Source: Octopus sinensis | Taxonomy: Eukaryota | Assembly: GCF_006345805.1 (NCBI RefSeq) | Contig: NC_043004.1 | Span: 90,830,001 to 90,894,000, forward strand | Length of the DNA: 64,000 bases | Reading direction: 5' to 3' | Shown here: positions 37,121-50,381 of the stretch, piece by piece | How positions within the stretch are numbered: the stretch's first letter is position 1 | Layout of the letters: each line of letters starts with the position of its first letter | Notes under the pieces: model-generated | Seen by the model: only the letters and a program-made list of their open reading frames with translations | Databases searched by the model: none | What the model was told of the DNA's origin: nothing | Translations under genes and position numbers: made by a program

Positions 37121-37645
37121 ACCAGGCAGTGGCTCTCATGGTTTCTTAGCTTAGCTGATTGGAAGTGTTTATGTACATTGTTTTGTCTTAGTATAAAAGA
37201 TGGACTGCAACAAATATTCTGCTCAGTTTCACAGATTTGCTTGTCAGTTGTTTGACCTTAACCCTTAGTAGCTGACAATAGGTGCATCTGTGATCACAAG
37301 CAGAAATAGCGTGGGAGTATCATAGTCATGTGTTGAGAGGTAGTCTTTGGGGTTTAGACAATTCGTCTATGGAAACATGGGTGTTTCATTCAACATCCTT
37401 AAACGACCCTTATTCAAAGACCTTTTGAGTTTGATGGGCTACTTGATCTGAATAAAATTCTAACTGGGCCCCACCTGCCAGATCATGCACTGTTAATCTT
37501 GATATGAGATTACCATGCTGTACACATATGGTTGTGACACATGTGCCTGGTCTACCCTTATCAGAAGAGTAGTCTTGATGGGTATACTGGGCTTCATCTA
37601 TTTTATCCCAGTGACACTTTGATGGCATGCATTACTCTCTCACTC
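37121..37645 (+). mobile_element. 555-bp (AAT)n-flanked element, diverged and 5'-truncated copy
   Basis: Homologous to 38325-38879; ends CTCTCACTC(AAT)n. Confidence 0.8.
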
Positions 37646-38032
37646 AATAATAATAATAATAATAATTCTTTCTAACTTAGGCACAAGACCTGGTATTTTG
37701 GAGGAGGTGGGGGGGGGGCAGTCAATTACCCACCCCACCCTCTGTGTTCAACTCAAGATGTAGTGAGGGACAAAATACTCCTAAGCATTTTGTCTGGCAT
37801 GCTAATGTTTCTGCTGGCTCATCATCATCATCATCATCATCATCATAATGATAATCCTTTCTATTATAGGCACAAGGCCTGAAATTTGGGGGGGAGAGAT
37901 AGTCAATTACTTCATTTATTGACCCTAAAAGGATGAAAGGCAAAGTCATCCTTGGTGGAATTTGAACTCTGAACATAACGACGGGTGAAATACCATTAAG
38001 CATTTCACTGACAATTCTGCTAGCTCGCCACC

Positions 38033-38071
<39 letters not shown>

Positions 38072-38079
38072 TAAAATAA

Positions 38080-38134
<55 letters not shown>

Positions 38135-38148
38135 ATAATAACAATAAT

Positions 38149-38207
<59 letters not shown>

Positions 38208-38224
38208 TAATAATAATAATAATA

Positions 38225-38257
<33 letters not shown>

Positions 38258-38285
38258 TATAATAATAAAAATAATAATAATAAAA

Positions 38286-38324
<39 letters not shown>

Positions 38325-38325
<1 letters not shown>

Positions 38326-39763
38326 GCCCTGATGCAGTACTAGGCAGTGGCTCTCATAGCTTCTGATCTTAACTGATTGGAAGTGTTATCATGTACATTG
38401 TTTTGTCTTGGTATAAAAGATGGGCTACAGCAAATATTCTGCTCAATACCACAGATTTGCTTGTCAGTTGTTTGACCTTAACCAGTTGAGCATGTCCCTT
38501 AGTGGCTGACGATATGTGCATCTCTGATCACGAGCAGAAGTAGTGGGGGAGCATCATAGCCATGTGTTGAGAGGGATTCTTTGGGGTTTGAATAATTCAC
38601 CTCTGGAAACATGGGTGGTTCTTTCAACATCCTTAAACAACCCTTATTCAGGGACCTTTTGAGCGGGATGGGCTACTCAACCTGAAGAAAATTCTAACTG
38701 GGCCCCACCTGCAAGGTCATGTGCTGTTTATCTTGATATGAGATTACCATGTCGCGCACATATGGTTGTGATGCATGTGCCTGGTGTACCTTTATCAGAT
38801 GGGTAGTCATGATGGGTATATTGGGCTTCGTATATTTTACCCCAGTGTCACTTTGATGGCATGCACTGCTCTCTCACTCAATAATAATAATAATAATAAA
38901 TGCCCTGATGTAGTACCAGGCAGTGGCTCTCATGGCTTCTGATCTTAACTGATTGGAGGTGTTAACATGTACATTGTTTTGTCTAGGTATAAAAGATGGG
39001 CTACAGCAAATATTCTGCTCAATACCACAGATTTGCTTGTCAGTTGTTTGACCTTAACCAGTTGAGCATGTCCCTTAGTGGCTGACGATATGTGCATCTC
39101 TGATCACGAGCAGAAGTAGTGGGGGAGCATCATAGCCATGTGTTGAGAGGGATTCTTTGGGGTTTGAATAGTTCACCTCTGGAAACATGGGTGGTTCTTT
39201 CAACATCCTTAAACAACCCTTATTCAGGGACCGTTTGAGCGGGATGGGCTACTCAACCTGAAGAAAATTCTAACTGGGCCCCATCTGCAAGGTCATGTGC
39301 TGTTTATCTTGATATGAGATCACCATGTCGCGCACATATGGTTGTGATGCATGTGCCTGGTGTACCTTTATCAGACGGGTAGTCATGATGGGTATATTGG
39401 GCTTCGTATATTTTACCCCAGTGTCACTTTGATGGCATGAACTGCTCTCTCACTCAATAATAATAATAATAATAATAGATGCAGTACTAGGCAGTGGCTC
39501 GCATGGCTTCTGATCTTAACTGATTGGAAGTGTTATCATGTACATTGTTTTGTCTAGGTATAAAAGATGGGCTACAGCAAATATTCTGCTCAATACTACA
39601 TATTTGCTTGTCAGTTGTTTGACCTTAACCAGTTGAGCATGTCCCTTAGTGGCTGACGATATGTGCATCTATGATCATGAGCAGAAGTAGTTGGGGAGCA
39701 TCATAGTTGTGTGTTGAAAGGAATTCTTAAGGTTTGAATAATTCACCTTTGGAAACATGGGTG
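38325..39763 (+). mobile_element. Tandem array of the 555-bp element (38325-38879, 38901-39455, partial 39478-39763) separated by (AAT)n
   Basis: Near-identical copies starting TGCCCTGATG.AGTAC and ending CTCTCACTC; period 576 bp. Confidence 0.88.
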
Positions 39764-39996
39764 CTGTGGGCACGTAACAACCACCATCCGATCATGGCCG
39801 TTCGCCAGCCTCGTCTGGCACCTGTGTCGGTGGCACATAAAATCACCCACTACACTCTCGGAGTGGTTGGCGTTAGGAAGGGCATCCAGCTGTAGAAACA
39901 CTGCCAGATCTGACTGGCCTGGTGCAGCCTTCGGGCTCCCCAGACCCCAGTTGAACCGTCCAACCCATGCTAGCATGGAAAGCGGACGTTAAACGA

Positions 39997-39998
<2 letters not shown>
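39764..39998 (+). mobile_element. RTE 3' UTR fused to the third 555-bp copy
   Basis: ..GGAAACATGG[GTG]CTGTGGGCACG.. ends GCGGACGTTAAACGATG then (AAT)n. Confidence 0.82.
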
Positions 39999-40029
<31 letters not shown>

Positions 40030-40344
40030 TAATAATGATAATAATAATAATGATAATAATAATAATGATTTCAAATTTTGGCACAAGGCTAGCACTTTTG
40101 GGGAAGTGGGTAAGTTGATTACCTCGACTCCCAGAACTTAATTGGAACTTATTTTATCAACCCTGAATGGATGACAAGCAAAAGTCAACCTTGGCAGAAT
40201 TTGAACTTAGAGTATGAAGACTAATGAAATTCTGCTAAATATTATGTCTGGCATTCTAAGGATTCTGCCAACTTGCTGCTTTAATAAAAATAATAATTAT
40301 AATCCCTGTAATAAAAAAATCCAAACCCAACATTTTAATGAAAC

Positions 40345-40370
40345 CTACTGTTTGATCTATTGAGTGTGTG

Positions 40371-40405
<35 letters not shown>

Positions 40406-41129
40406 ATGTGCGTGTGCGTGTGTGTGTGTGCATGTGTGTGTGTGTATGTGTGTGCATGTGTGTGTGTGTATGTGTGTGCATGTGTGTGTGTATGTATGTG
40501 CATGTGTGTGCATGTGTATGTGTGTGTGTGTGTGTGCATGTGTGTGTGTGTGCATGTGTGTGTGTGTGTTTGTGTGTGTGTGCATGTGTATGTGTGTGCA
40601 TGTTTGTGTGTGTGTGTGTGTGTTTTTTGTTTGCCTGTGGAAACAACAGGAACAACACTTTATTCAACACCAAAAGATTAAAGTATTCCCTTTTGTTTAA
40701 AAAAGTCAACTATGAGGTGGTGCCCCAGCATGGCCGTGGCCTTCGGGCAAAAACATTTTTATGGATTTTAAGGATATGATTGAGGAGACTGACCATCACC
40801 CATTATATTTCATAGACTGCGTATAGCATGATATTATCTAACGTAGCCTTTCCTTTTTCAAGTTGTTCAGGAATGTGATTGATAGGAGATTTGTTGTTAT
40901 TTCTAACAGGTCAAGGTATGTTGTCACATAGAAGCTCCCTCATGTTTGTATATGTTTAAACTATGTGCATATAAGTAGGTGTGTATACAAGAATGAGTGG
41001 GTGTATGTGTGTATACATGTATAGGCCTGCAATGACTGGCCAGGCCAAATTGGCTGCTATTCTGCCTTTAATCAAAGTCCATGTCTTTGTGTAGATATGT
41101 GTACATGAATATACGTGTGTGTGTGTGTG

Positions 41130-41162
<33 letters not shown>

Positions 41163-42480
41163 CACATGCATGTATGTATGCATGTGTGTGAATACATTTG
41201 TGTGCACGTGTATCTGCATGCACACGTGTTTGTGTGCATGTGTATCTGTGTGCACATGTGAGAGTGTGTGTGCACGTATATGTTTGAATCCTCTCGTTAG
41301 TTCATCCTTCGTTTATGAAGGTTGCTGTGTTGTGTGGTGATGGTGGTTTTTAGCAGTGATAGTTGTGGTAGTGGTATTATGTGGTGATGATGATGTGGTG
41401 GTGACTGTAGTAGTAGCAGCAATAGATAGTAGAATGTTGGCAGTGGGTGTGGTGATAATGACAGTGATGGTGGCAGGTGAAACCTACCAGTAGCAGCAGC
41501 AGCAGCAGCAGTAGCAGTAGTAGTAGTAGTAGTAGTAGTAGTTACTTAACTACTACTACTACTACTAGCCAGCCACTACTCTACATCCTCAATGCTGCCA
41601 CTCTGCTTGTCTTTGTCTCTTTTCTTGACAACAATAACAACTACATTCACAGTGATATCTAAATAAAAAACACCATCATCAACAACATCATTACCACCAC
41701 TACCACCATCATCATCACCACCACCACCACCACCACCACCACCACCACACCACCACCACCACCACCACCACCACCACAACAACAACAACAACATCAATCT
41801 AAAAGGGATCTTCAACAGAGTCACTTGGCCTGCAAGGTATAGAAAACAAATTCTTTCAATTTACACTCAACCATCTTAAAAAAAAGATAATTTGGCCAAT
41901 GTCATCAAAAACATGCAAAAAGATAGGATGGTCATAGCTGGAATGCCTTTGAACGTACCACTGCTCAGCCAAGGATGACCAGGGGCTAAACAACAACAAC
42001 ATCAATACTTCCGCTTCCACTGACTCCAACAATATCAATACCACCACCACCACCACCACCATCACCACATTAAGAATCATATTACCATCGCCACACAACC
42101 ACCCCCACAGCGACTACACCATCATTACTACCAATATCCCTACCACCAGCATCACTACTGCATTGACAATAATCACAACACCAGCATCTCCACTGCAGTA
42201 CCACACAGTCACCAGTATCACTGCCACCTGACCACCACTCCACAACCACCACACCACTAACAACAACCACAATACCACTGCCACATCAACACTACCAACA
42301 ACCACCATAGTATTGCCATACCACCACCATCAACAACAACAGCACCATACCACTATTAGCAATCACATCACAATAAACAACAAAACTATTGCCATCACCA
42401 ACACATCATCTCTAATATCACTACCACCACCACTACCACATTAAAAGACCACTAAATACCACTACCATCATCACTACAGC
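40345..42480. repeat. (TG)n/(CATG) tracts and long degenerate CAN/GTN trinucleotide low-complexity region
   Basis: Visible at 40345-40622, 41100-41280 and 41340-42480. Confidence 0.85.
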
Positions 42481-43058
42481 AACCGGAACAGAAACAGCAG
42501 CATCAACCAATCGATGCTATCACACATATTGTATTTTCAATGTGTTGCTTCCCCCTGGGCTGGCTCACATCACTGTACGTAAACTGTGGAGTTACAAGTT
42601 GGGTGAATGTTACACTCTCCAGGAGATAACAATGTTTTATCGGTCCCTTGTACAAATGAAGCATTAGACTGTAAAGGTTGCAGTAGTCCATCAACAGGCT
42701 TTTACATTCACTATGTCACTCCTATAAATAGGGAGTCAAAAACATAATATACAACATTAATTTGGTTTATTGTTATTGTTATTATCAAGAATTATGCAGA
42801 TGTTAAAAGTAAGTGTTATTATTTTCATGTTATTCACAATTTATTTCATTGGTCAATTTCATCGGTCAATCGAGGTGGTACATGCTTCCCATTTGTATGT
42901 CTTCTTTTTATTTTAGGACTGAAAATATATTTCCTTAGAAAATATTTTTTTTTACAACTAATAGTCATTTAGAGAAGGCCTCTGGAAGCAGAGGTACTTA
43001 ATTTTCTGACATTATTACCAGAACATGAAAGTAAAAGTGAATCCAAAGAGATAACTTC

Positions 43059-43111
<53 letters not shown>

Positions 43112-43263
43112 TAATAATTCTTTCTACTAAAGGCACAAGGCCTGGAATTTATTGGGGGAGGGGACTAGTCAGTTACATCAACCCCCAGTGTTCAACTGGT
43201 ACTTATTTTATCAACCCCCAAAAGGATAAAATGCAAAGTCAACCCCAGCAGAATTTGACTATC

Positions 43264-43310
<47 letters not shown>

Positions 43311-43338
43311 TATAATAATGATGATAATAATAATAATA

Positions 43339-43390
<52 letters not shown>

Positions 43391-43401
43391 GCAAGAGGGG
43401 C

Positions 43402-43702
43402 TGATTGCTATCTAACTCAGATACCAGGAAACCCCAAAATGGCAGAAATTCAAAATATAGTGCTCATGGAAACTGCTCATATCCTACACAAAATACTTTC
43501 TATGTAATCTCAAGGTTTAAAACAAACATAATTTTGGGGTTTTTTTTTTTCGACATTCAGTAGTACAACACCAAAAAAAACTCCAAATATATGGCACACT
43601 AGGCATAACAACAACGTGAACTTCCAACCTGTTGTCTCTTGAAGTCTCTGGGTGAGACTTGGAGCCACCTTGTACAAAATATAAAGCTAAAGTCAAACAT
43701 AG
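43402..43702 (+). mobile_element. R4/Dong-like LINE 3' end (same family as 36725), flanked by (AAT)n
   Basis: IPGNPKMAEIQNIVLMETAHILHKILSM*; ends GTCAAACATAG(AAT)n. Confidence 0.72.
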
Positions 43703-43718
43703 AATAATAATAATAATA

Positions 43719-43755
<37 letters not shown>

Positions 43756-43794
43756 TAATAATAATAATAAGAAGAAGAAGAAGAAGAAGAAGAA

Positions 43795-44060
43795 GACCTG
43801 CTAACTCATTGACATGACTGTATCATCTAATAGAAAGGAGTCAGTAAATGAGTATGAAGAACTTGCTAGATATAAGGTTCTCAAAATAGAAATAAACAGA
43901 ATGTGACACCTTAAAGCCAAAACTATTTGGGTAGAGATAGGACTAGGTGTCGTAAAGAAAGGTGTTCAAAAGTTTCTATAAGACATACCTGGGAAACTTA
44001 GAATCCATGAAATCCAAAAGATAGTTCTAACAAATACTGGCCACATTGTAGATTTTTGTC
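43795..44060 (+). pseudogene. RLE endonuclease fragment of another R4/Dong-like LINE
   Basis: C*LIDMTV....E.EEL.RYK.LK.EI.RM.HLK....IG.LG...IPG...I.EIQKIVL..TGHI. Confidence 0.65.
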
Positions 44061-44329
44061 TTTGTCAACACACAATCATTTCTTTTAATTTTTATTGTAA
44101 ATTTAATTGATATTTAATATCGTTCAGCTATCTTCAAAGCAACTTAGCTTTTTTACTCTTTTACACTTCTCAATTTGTTTTACCTATAAATGTTTGCAAA
44201 GTGATTTATTTAGTGAATGAAAAGTTAAAAAAAAAGACTGTCTAAAACAACAATACCAGCCCTAAGTATCTGCCTGATACTTGGTAGTCATTGCTTATAT
44301 AGCGAAATCAAAGGAAAAATAATATATTT

Positions 44330-45363
44330 CTTTACTGCCCACAAGGGGCTAAACATAGAGGGGACAAACAAGGACAGACAAAGGAATTAAGTCAATTACA
44401 TCGACCCCAGTGCGAAACTGGTACTTTATTTATCGACCCTGAAAGGATGAAAGGCAAAGTCGACCTGGAAAAATAATAGTAACAATAACTGCTTCAGATT
44501 TTGACATGAGGCCAGGAATTTTGGGGGAGGAGACAATTGATTACACCAACCCTTATACTTGACTGGTATTTATTTTATTGATCCTGAAAGAGTGAATGGT
44601 AAAATTGACCTTGGGAGAATTTGAACTCAGAATGTAATGAGTCAGAAGAAATGCTGCAAAACATTTTTCCAATGTTCTAATAATTCTGCCAGCTTACCAC
44701 CTTTATAATAGTCCTTTCTACTGTAGGCACAAAGCCTGAAATTTTAGGGGAGGGAACTAGTTGATTACATTGATCTCAGTGTTTCACTAGTACTTAATTT
44801 ATTGACCCTGAAAGGATGAAAGGCAAAGTTGAACTCAGTGGAATTTGAACTCAGAATTTAGCGATGAGTGAAATACTGCTAAGCATTTCGCCTGGTGTGC
44901 TAACGATTCTGCTAGCTCACCACCTTTACCACCTTTATACTAATGCTAATAATTCTTTCTAGTTTTTGACACAAGGCCAACAATTTTAAGGGGAAGGAGA
45001 AGTCAGTTGCGTCAACCCCAGTATTCAACTGGTATTTATTTAACTCCCCGAAAAGAAGAAAGGAAAAGCTGACCTCAGGAAGATTCGAACACAAAATGCA
45101 AAATGTTGGAGGAAATACCATTTTTTATAAATGTTGTAATAATTCTACCACTTCACTGCCTTTATAAAAATAATTATTATTCTTTGTAATTTTGACACAA
45201 GGCCAGTTATTTTGAGGGGAAGTTGATTAAATCAACTTTAGTACTCAACTGTTACTAGTTTTATAGCCCCCTCCCCACCTGCCTAAAAAAAAGAAAAGGA
45301 TGGAAGGCAAAGTCAACTTGGGTGGCATTTGAACTCAGAACATAAAAAGCTGGAAGAAATGCT
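44330..45363 (-). mobile_element. Five head-to-tail SINE family B copies
   Basis: Repeated GACCCTGAAAGGATGAAAGGCAAAGT..GAATTTGAACTCAGAA units at about 44330, 44490, 44710, 44950 and 45180. Confidence 0.78.
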
Positions 45364-45772
45364 GCAGGAGTGGCTGTGTGGTAAGTAGCTTGTTTACCAA
45401 CCACATGGTTCCAGGTTCAGTCCTACTGCGTGGCACTTTGGGCAAGTGTCTTCTACTATAGCCTTGGGCCGACCAAAGCCTTGTGAGTGGATTTGGTAGA
45501 CGGAAACTGAAAGAAGCCCGTCATATATATGTATATATATGTATGCATGTGTGTGTTTGTGTGTCTGTGTTTGTCCCCCAAGCATTGCTTGACAACCAAT
45601 GCTGGTGTGTTTATGTCCCCGTCACTTAGCGGTTCAGCAAAAGAGACCAATAGAATAAGTACTGGGCTTACAAAAGAATAAGTCCCGGGGTCGAGTTGCT
45701 TGATTAAAGGCAGTGCTCCAGCATGGCCGCAGTCAAATGACTGAAACAAGTAAAAGAGTAAAAGAGTAAAAG
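45364..45772 (+). mobile_element. SINE family A, full length
   Basis: Matches the family A consensus. Confidence 0.9.
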
Positions 45773-46375
45773 AAAACCACGAATCTTGAAGGAGCGAACA
45801 AATTAAGTCCACCCTATCGAATAATACCACAATTCACACCACCACATTTTCTCTACAATCACCTCCATATACTTTCACAACTAACAAGAACAACAAAATA
45901 ACAAACTCCACAATGTATCAGATAAAATGTTATACACACATTTTACTACTGCAGAAGAAATTACTGTACATATTGAGAAATACAGAGATGTGCTTGCTGC
46001 AGTGAAAAACTCATGATGGAGGGCATGGTTGGCTATATCAACTCCAGTGATTAACTGAATTTGTGAAAGGCAAAATTAATCCTGGTGAGATATGATCTCT
46101 GTTTGTGATAAGCGAACTTAAGTATCACAAGACATTTTGTCTAATATTTTATTAAGTGTATCAATTATTATTAATAATAATAATAATAATATTAATAATC
46201 ATTGTTATTTCATCATTGCCTTTCCATTTTATGATAAATTTCTTTTAAAAGAAGAAACCATTTATTTATAAAGTGGTAACTTAATGTCTTTAATGATCCT
46301 TTTAAGAAATATGCATCTCTGTGTACATACATTCTAAGAGAGACAGCAAGGGGAAAGAGCAATTTATTCAGTTAA

Positions 46376-46595
46376 CCCTTTAGTGTTTAAACCGGCTGTA
46401 TCCGGTCCAAATATTCTACACATTTTATACTCAAACTGGCCAGAACATGCATCTCACATCTACCCTGTAATGTCACTCTAAAAATAAGCAATTACATCTT
46501 TCCTATCTTGAAGGTACAAAATAATATCAGATAAATTTTTTTAAATGTGAATAAATAAGGATTATTTTTGACAAATTAATCTGAACACTAAAGGG
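46376..46595. mobile_element. piggyBac-type MITE (220 bp)
   Basis: TTAA|CCCTTTAGTGTT...AACACTAAAGGG|TTAA: TIRs with TTAA target duplication. Confidence 0.8.
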
Positions 46596-46994
46596 TTAAA
46601 GACTGAGGATTTAAAACAGTGATAGAATGCTGCCACTGTTTCTCATTTGACTTTGTATAATTACCTGTTCTTCATTTATAACAAACTGTTCAATAATTAA
46701 ATGAATTTTAAAATGGTGGTAAGAAAATAATCATTCAACTATTTTCTGGAATAATTAAATGGAGGAAACTGAAGTAGTGAGTTTCTGTGTGTCATCTAGG
46801 TTAAGGGTGAGTGATTGAGGCAAAACAGTAACAGATAGACACCCGTCTTTTTCTTAATTCAAAGAAAGTAACTTATTAAATTCAAACAGAGAAAAACAAA
46901 TATTTGCAAGTTTTCTTAAGAGAATTTTAAAGTACAGATTCATTATTTTCTTTAAAAAGAAACTTTTTTATTTTCAAAAGTAGTGACTTAATAT

Positions 46995-47250
46995 CATCAT
47001 CGTTTATCATCATCATCATCGTTTAACGTCCGTTTTCCGCACTAGCACGGGTTGGACGGTTCGACCGGGGTCTGGGAAGCCAGGGGCTGCACCAGGCTCC
47101 AGTCTGATCTGGCAGTGTTTCTACAGCTGGATGCCCTTCCTAATGCTAACCACTCCGCGAGTGTAGTGTGTGCTTTTATGTGCCAGGGGAGTCTGGCATC
47201 GGCCACGATCGGTTGGTGATTTTAATGTGCCACCGGCACAGAAGCCCTTT
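46995..47250 (-). mobile_element. RTE 3' UTR copy with tail
   Basis: (CAT)n-CGTTTAACGTCCG..GGATGCCCTTCCT. Confidence 0.85.
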
Positions 47251-47383
47251 AACGAAATATATATGTGTGCCTGTGAACATACACACATACAGAGGAAGAG
47301 TGTGAGTGAAGAAGGTAATTGCAAACCAAACTAGAAATTATGTTACAGACAAGACAGGTTTCTCTATTATTATAATAAGGATT

Positions 47384-47765
47384 TGGAGGCGCAATGGCCC
47401 AGTGGTTAGGGCAGTGGACTTGCGGTCATAGGATCGCCGTTTCGATTCCCAGACCGGGCGTTGTGAGTGTTTATTGAGCGAAAACACCTAAAAGCTCCAC
47501 GAGGCTCTGGCAGGGGATGGTGGTGATCCCTGCTGTACTCTTTCACCACAACTTTCTCTTACTTCCTGTTTCTGTTGTACCTGTATTTCAAGGGGCCGGC
47601 CTTGTCACTCTCTGTGTCATGCTGAATATCCCCGAGAACTACGTTAAGGGTGCACGTGTCTGTGGAGTGCTCAGCCACTTACACGTTAATTTCACGAGCA
47701 GGCTGTTCCGTTGATTCGGATCAACCGGAACCCTCATCGTTGTAACCGACAGAGTGCTTCCATCC
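47384..47765 (+). mobile_element. SINE family C (tRNA-derived), copy 1
   Basis: A box TGGCCCAGTGG, B box GTTTCGATTCC, (TCCA) tail, 10-bp TSD AATAAGGATT (47374-47383, 47766-47775). Confidence 0.9.
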
Positions 47766-48402
47766 AATAAGGATTATTGTTTTTATCATTGGAGCAATGA
47801 ATTGGCAGAAGCATAAGTCAGATAAAATACCATAGAGTATTCTGGTTCTCTACATTCTGAGTTCAAAACCTGTCGAAATCAATGTTAATTTCCATCTCTT
47901 AATGGTCAAGGAAAAAAATGTGCCAATCAAGTCCTGGAGAGGCTGGAGTCAATGTAGTCAACTCACTCCCTCCCACTAAAATTGTGCCAAAATTTGAGAC
48001 AATTATTATTAAAAAATAATGGAATTTCTTATTATTTCGTTATAATTTGATAAACATAACACATCTAAATAAATGATTTACAGTATTTAGTTTCAACTCA
48101 ATATATACTGAGTTGAGAATTCTACTTTGGTTGATTTTACTATTCATCATTCCAGCTTGGTGGACTGTTGTACTATTCATTCAGTGGCAGACTCTATAAT
48201 TTCCATAATACCTCACTATGGTACCCATTGACAGCAAGATGGATAACATCTATATAGGTACATATTTACAGCAAAGTGAATTGCATCTATTTACAACTTA
48301 CTAGACTGTATCTTTCTGTGGTACCCTTAAATAAAGGTACAAATACAAGTACATAAGCCATCTACTGAATACATGAACATACACACATATTTATACACAA
48401 TT

Positions 48403-48607
48403 CTTTTACTTGTTTCAGTCATTTGACCTCGACCATGCTGGAGCACCGCCTTTAGTCGAGCAAATCGACCCCAGGACTTATTCTTTGTAAGCCCAGTACT
48501 TATTCTATCGGTCTCTTTTGCCGAACCGCTAAGTGACGGGGACATAAACACACCAGCATCGGTTGTCAAGCAATGCTAGAGGGACAAACACAGACACACA
48601 AACACAT

Positions 48608-48642
<35 letters not shown>

Positions 48643-48876
48643 AGCGGACGTTAAACGACAATGATGATGATGATGATATATATATATATCTATATATATA
48701 TATACATATATACGACAGGCTTCTTTCAGTTTCCGTCTACCAAATCCACTCATAAGGCTTTGGTCAGCCTGAGGCTACAGCAGAAGACACTTGCCCAAGA
48801 TGCCACGCAGTGGGACTGAACCCGGAACCATGTGGCTGGTTAGCAAGCTACTTACCACACAGCCACTCCTGCGCCT
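48403..48876 (-). mobile_element. SINE family A, full length, with a 37-bp RTE tail nested in its (TA)n
   Basis: Family A consensus; AAGCGGACGTTAAACGACAATGATGATG at 48642-48677. Confidence 0.88.
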
Positions 48877-49002
48877 GTTCAACAATGGTTAATTTTTTTA
48901 AGCAATTAGTTTTGGCAATCTTTCAAACAAGATGAACAACCCACCTCTATCCTTTCTCATTGTTGGTCAGCCAGTAGCTTCTATGTATGATGAGCTTTGT
49001 GA

Positions 49003-49047
<45 letters not shown>

Positions 49048-49645
49048 GCAGTTTATTTCTATGCTTGTGTGTGCCTGTGTGAGTGCATGCATGTGAGTGT
49101 GTGTCTGTCAGCTCGATTGCCTGTGTGTGTTATGTGTCTGAAAGCATGTGGGGCCAATTCTTCAGCCTTATACCCGTGTACCCACATACCCACCACATCT
49201 GCACCTGGGTATGTACCTACCTCCCAGTCCTTCTTTTCCTCTCTTAACACTCTATCTTCTTTCTTTTTCTCCCTTTCTTTTTTTTTTCTTGCCCCTACCC
49301 TCTTTCTGCTGTCCTTTCTGTTTTCCTTTCCTTCTCATTTGCTTTTTTCTTTCTCTCTCTATTTTTCCCTTCCCCCTCTTTATACTCTTTCCTTCCTTCC
49401 TATACTCAAGACTAGTATGTGTATATGCTTATGTGTGTTTGATTGTGCATGTGTGCACATGGAAACATTTTTTCTCACTATTCATCTCTCTAACCATGGT
49501 CCAAATCCAGCTTGTAAATGCAACCAAATATGTATGTCTCAGCTTCCTGTACTTTGTTAGAGTGCTTTCCCACATCTGAGTAACTAGCCACACATCGGGT
49601 AAAAACCACCAGACTAACAGGTCACCGGATCAAACTAAATAATAA

Positions 49646-49938
49646 TCATCATCATCATTTAGCATCCGCTTTCCATGCTAGCATGGGTTGGACGGTTCAT
49701 CTGGGGTCTGGGAAGCCAGAAGGCTGCACCAGGCCCAGTCTGATCTGGCAATGTTTCTACGGCTGGATGCCCTTCCTAACGCCAACCACTCCATGAGTGT
49801 AGTGGGTGCTTTTTACATGCCACCAGCACAGGTGCCAGATGGGGCTGGCAAATGGCCACAGTCGGATGGTGCTTTTTACGTGACAGGCGAGGCTGACAAT
49901 GGCCACGATCGGATGGTGCTTTTTATTTGCCACTGGCA
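49646..49938 (-). mobile_element. RTE 3' UTR copy with tail
   Basis: (CAT)n-TTAGCATCCGCTTTCCATGCTAGC; (TA)n at the 5' junction. Confidence 0.85.
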
Positions 49939-50350
49939 CAATATATATATATTATATATATATATTAACATTCACTTTTCCATGCTTGTATGAATCAGAC
50001 AAAATTCATTGAGGTAGGTTTTCTACGGCTGGATGCTCTTTCCATTGCAAACCCTCACCTGTTCCCAAGCAAGGTTATATCTAGTTCTTAGAACATGAGC
50101 AGAATGCTTCCAAGGAAAACTGAAACTAAGGAACACTGCTTGTATGATGGTGACGCTTTTTAAAACTAGCACATGTCAAGACAAGGAAGCATGCAAACCT
50201 GCACACACATCCATCCACCTAACAAACCTACTTACAAAGCTTTTGTTGGCCCTGGGTTGTAGAAGACACTTGCTAAAGGTGCTATGCAATGGGAGTGAAC
50301 CTGAAACCATGTGACTGCAAAGTGAAGTTCTTAGCCATACAGCTATACTT

Positions 50351-50381
<31 letters not shown>

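Noticed and set aside
38325-38400. U2 snRNA-like words on the minus strand of the 555-bp element
   Set aside because: Only two short partial matches; no Sm site or branch-recognition sequence.
38500-38560. CTGACGA...GAAG in the 555-bp element as a hammerhead
   Set aside because: GAAG instead of GAAA, and stem I cannot be formed in register.
47384-47460. tRNA gene (also 52580 and the SINE A/B heads)
   Set aside because: A and B boxes are present but there is no complete acceptor stem; the sequence continues into a SINE body with tail and TSD.
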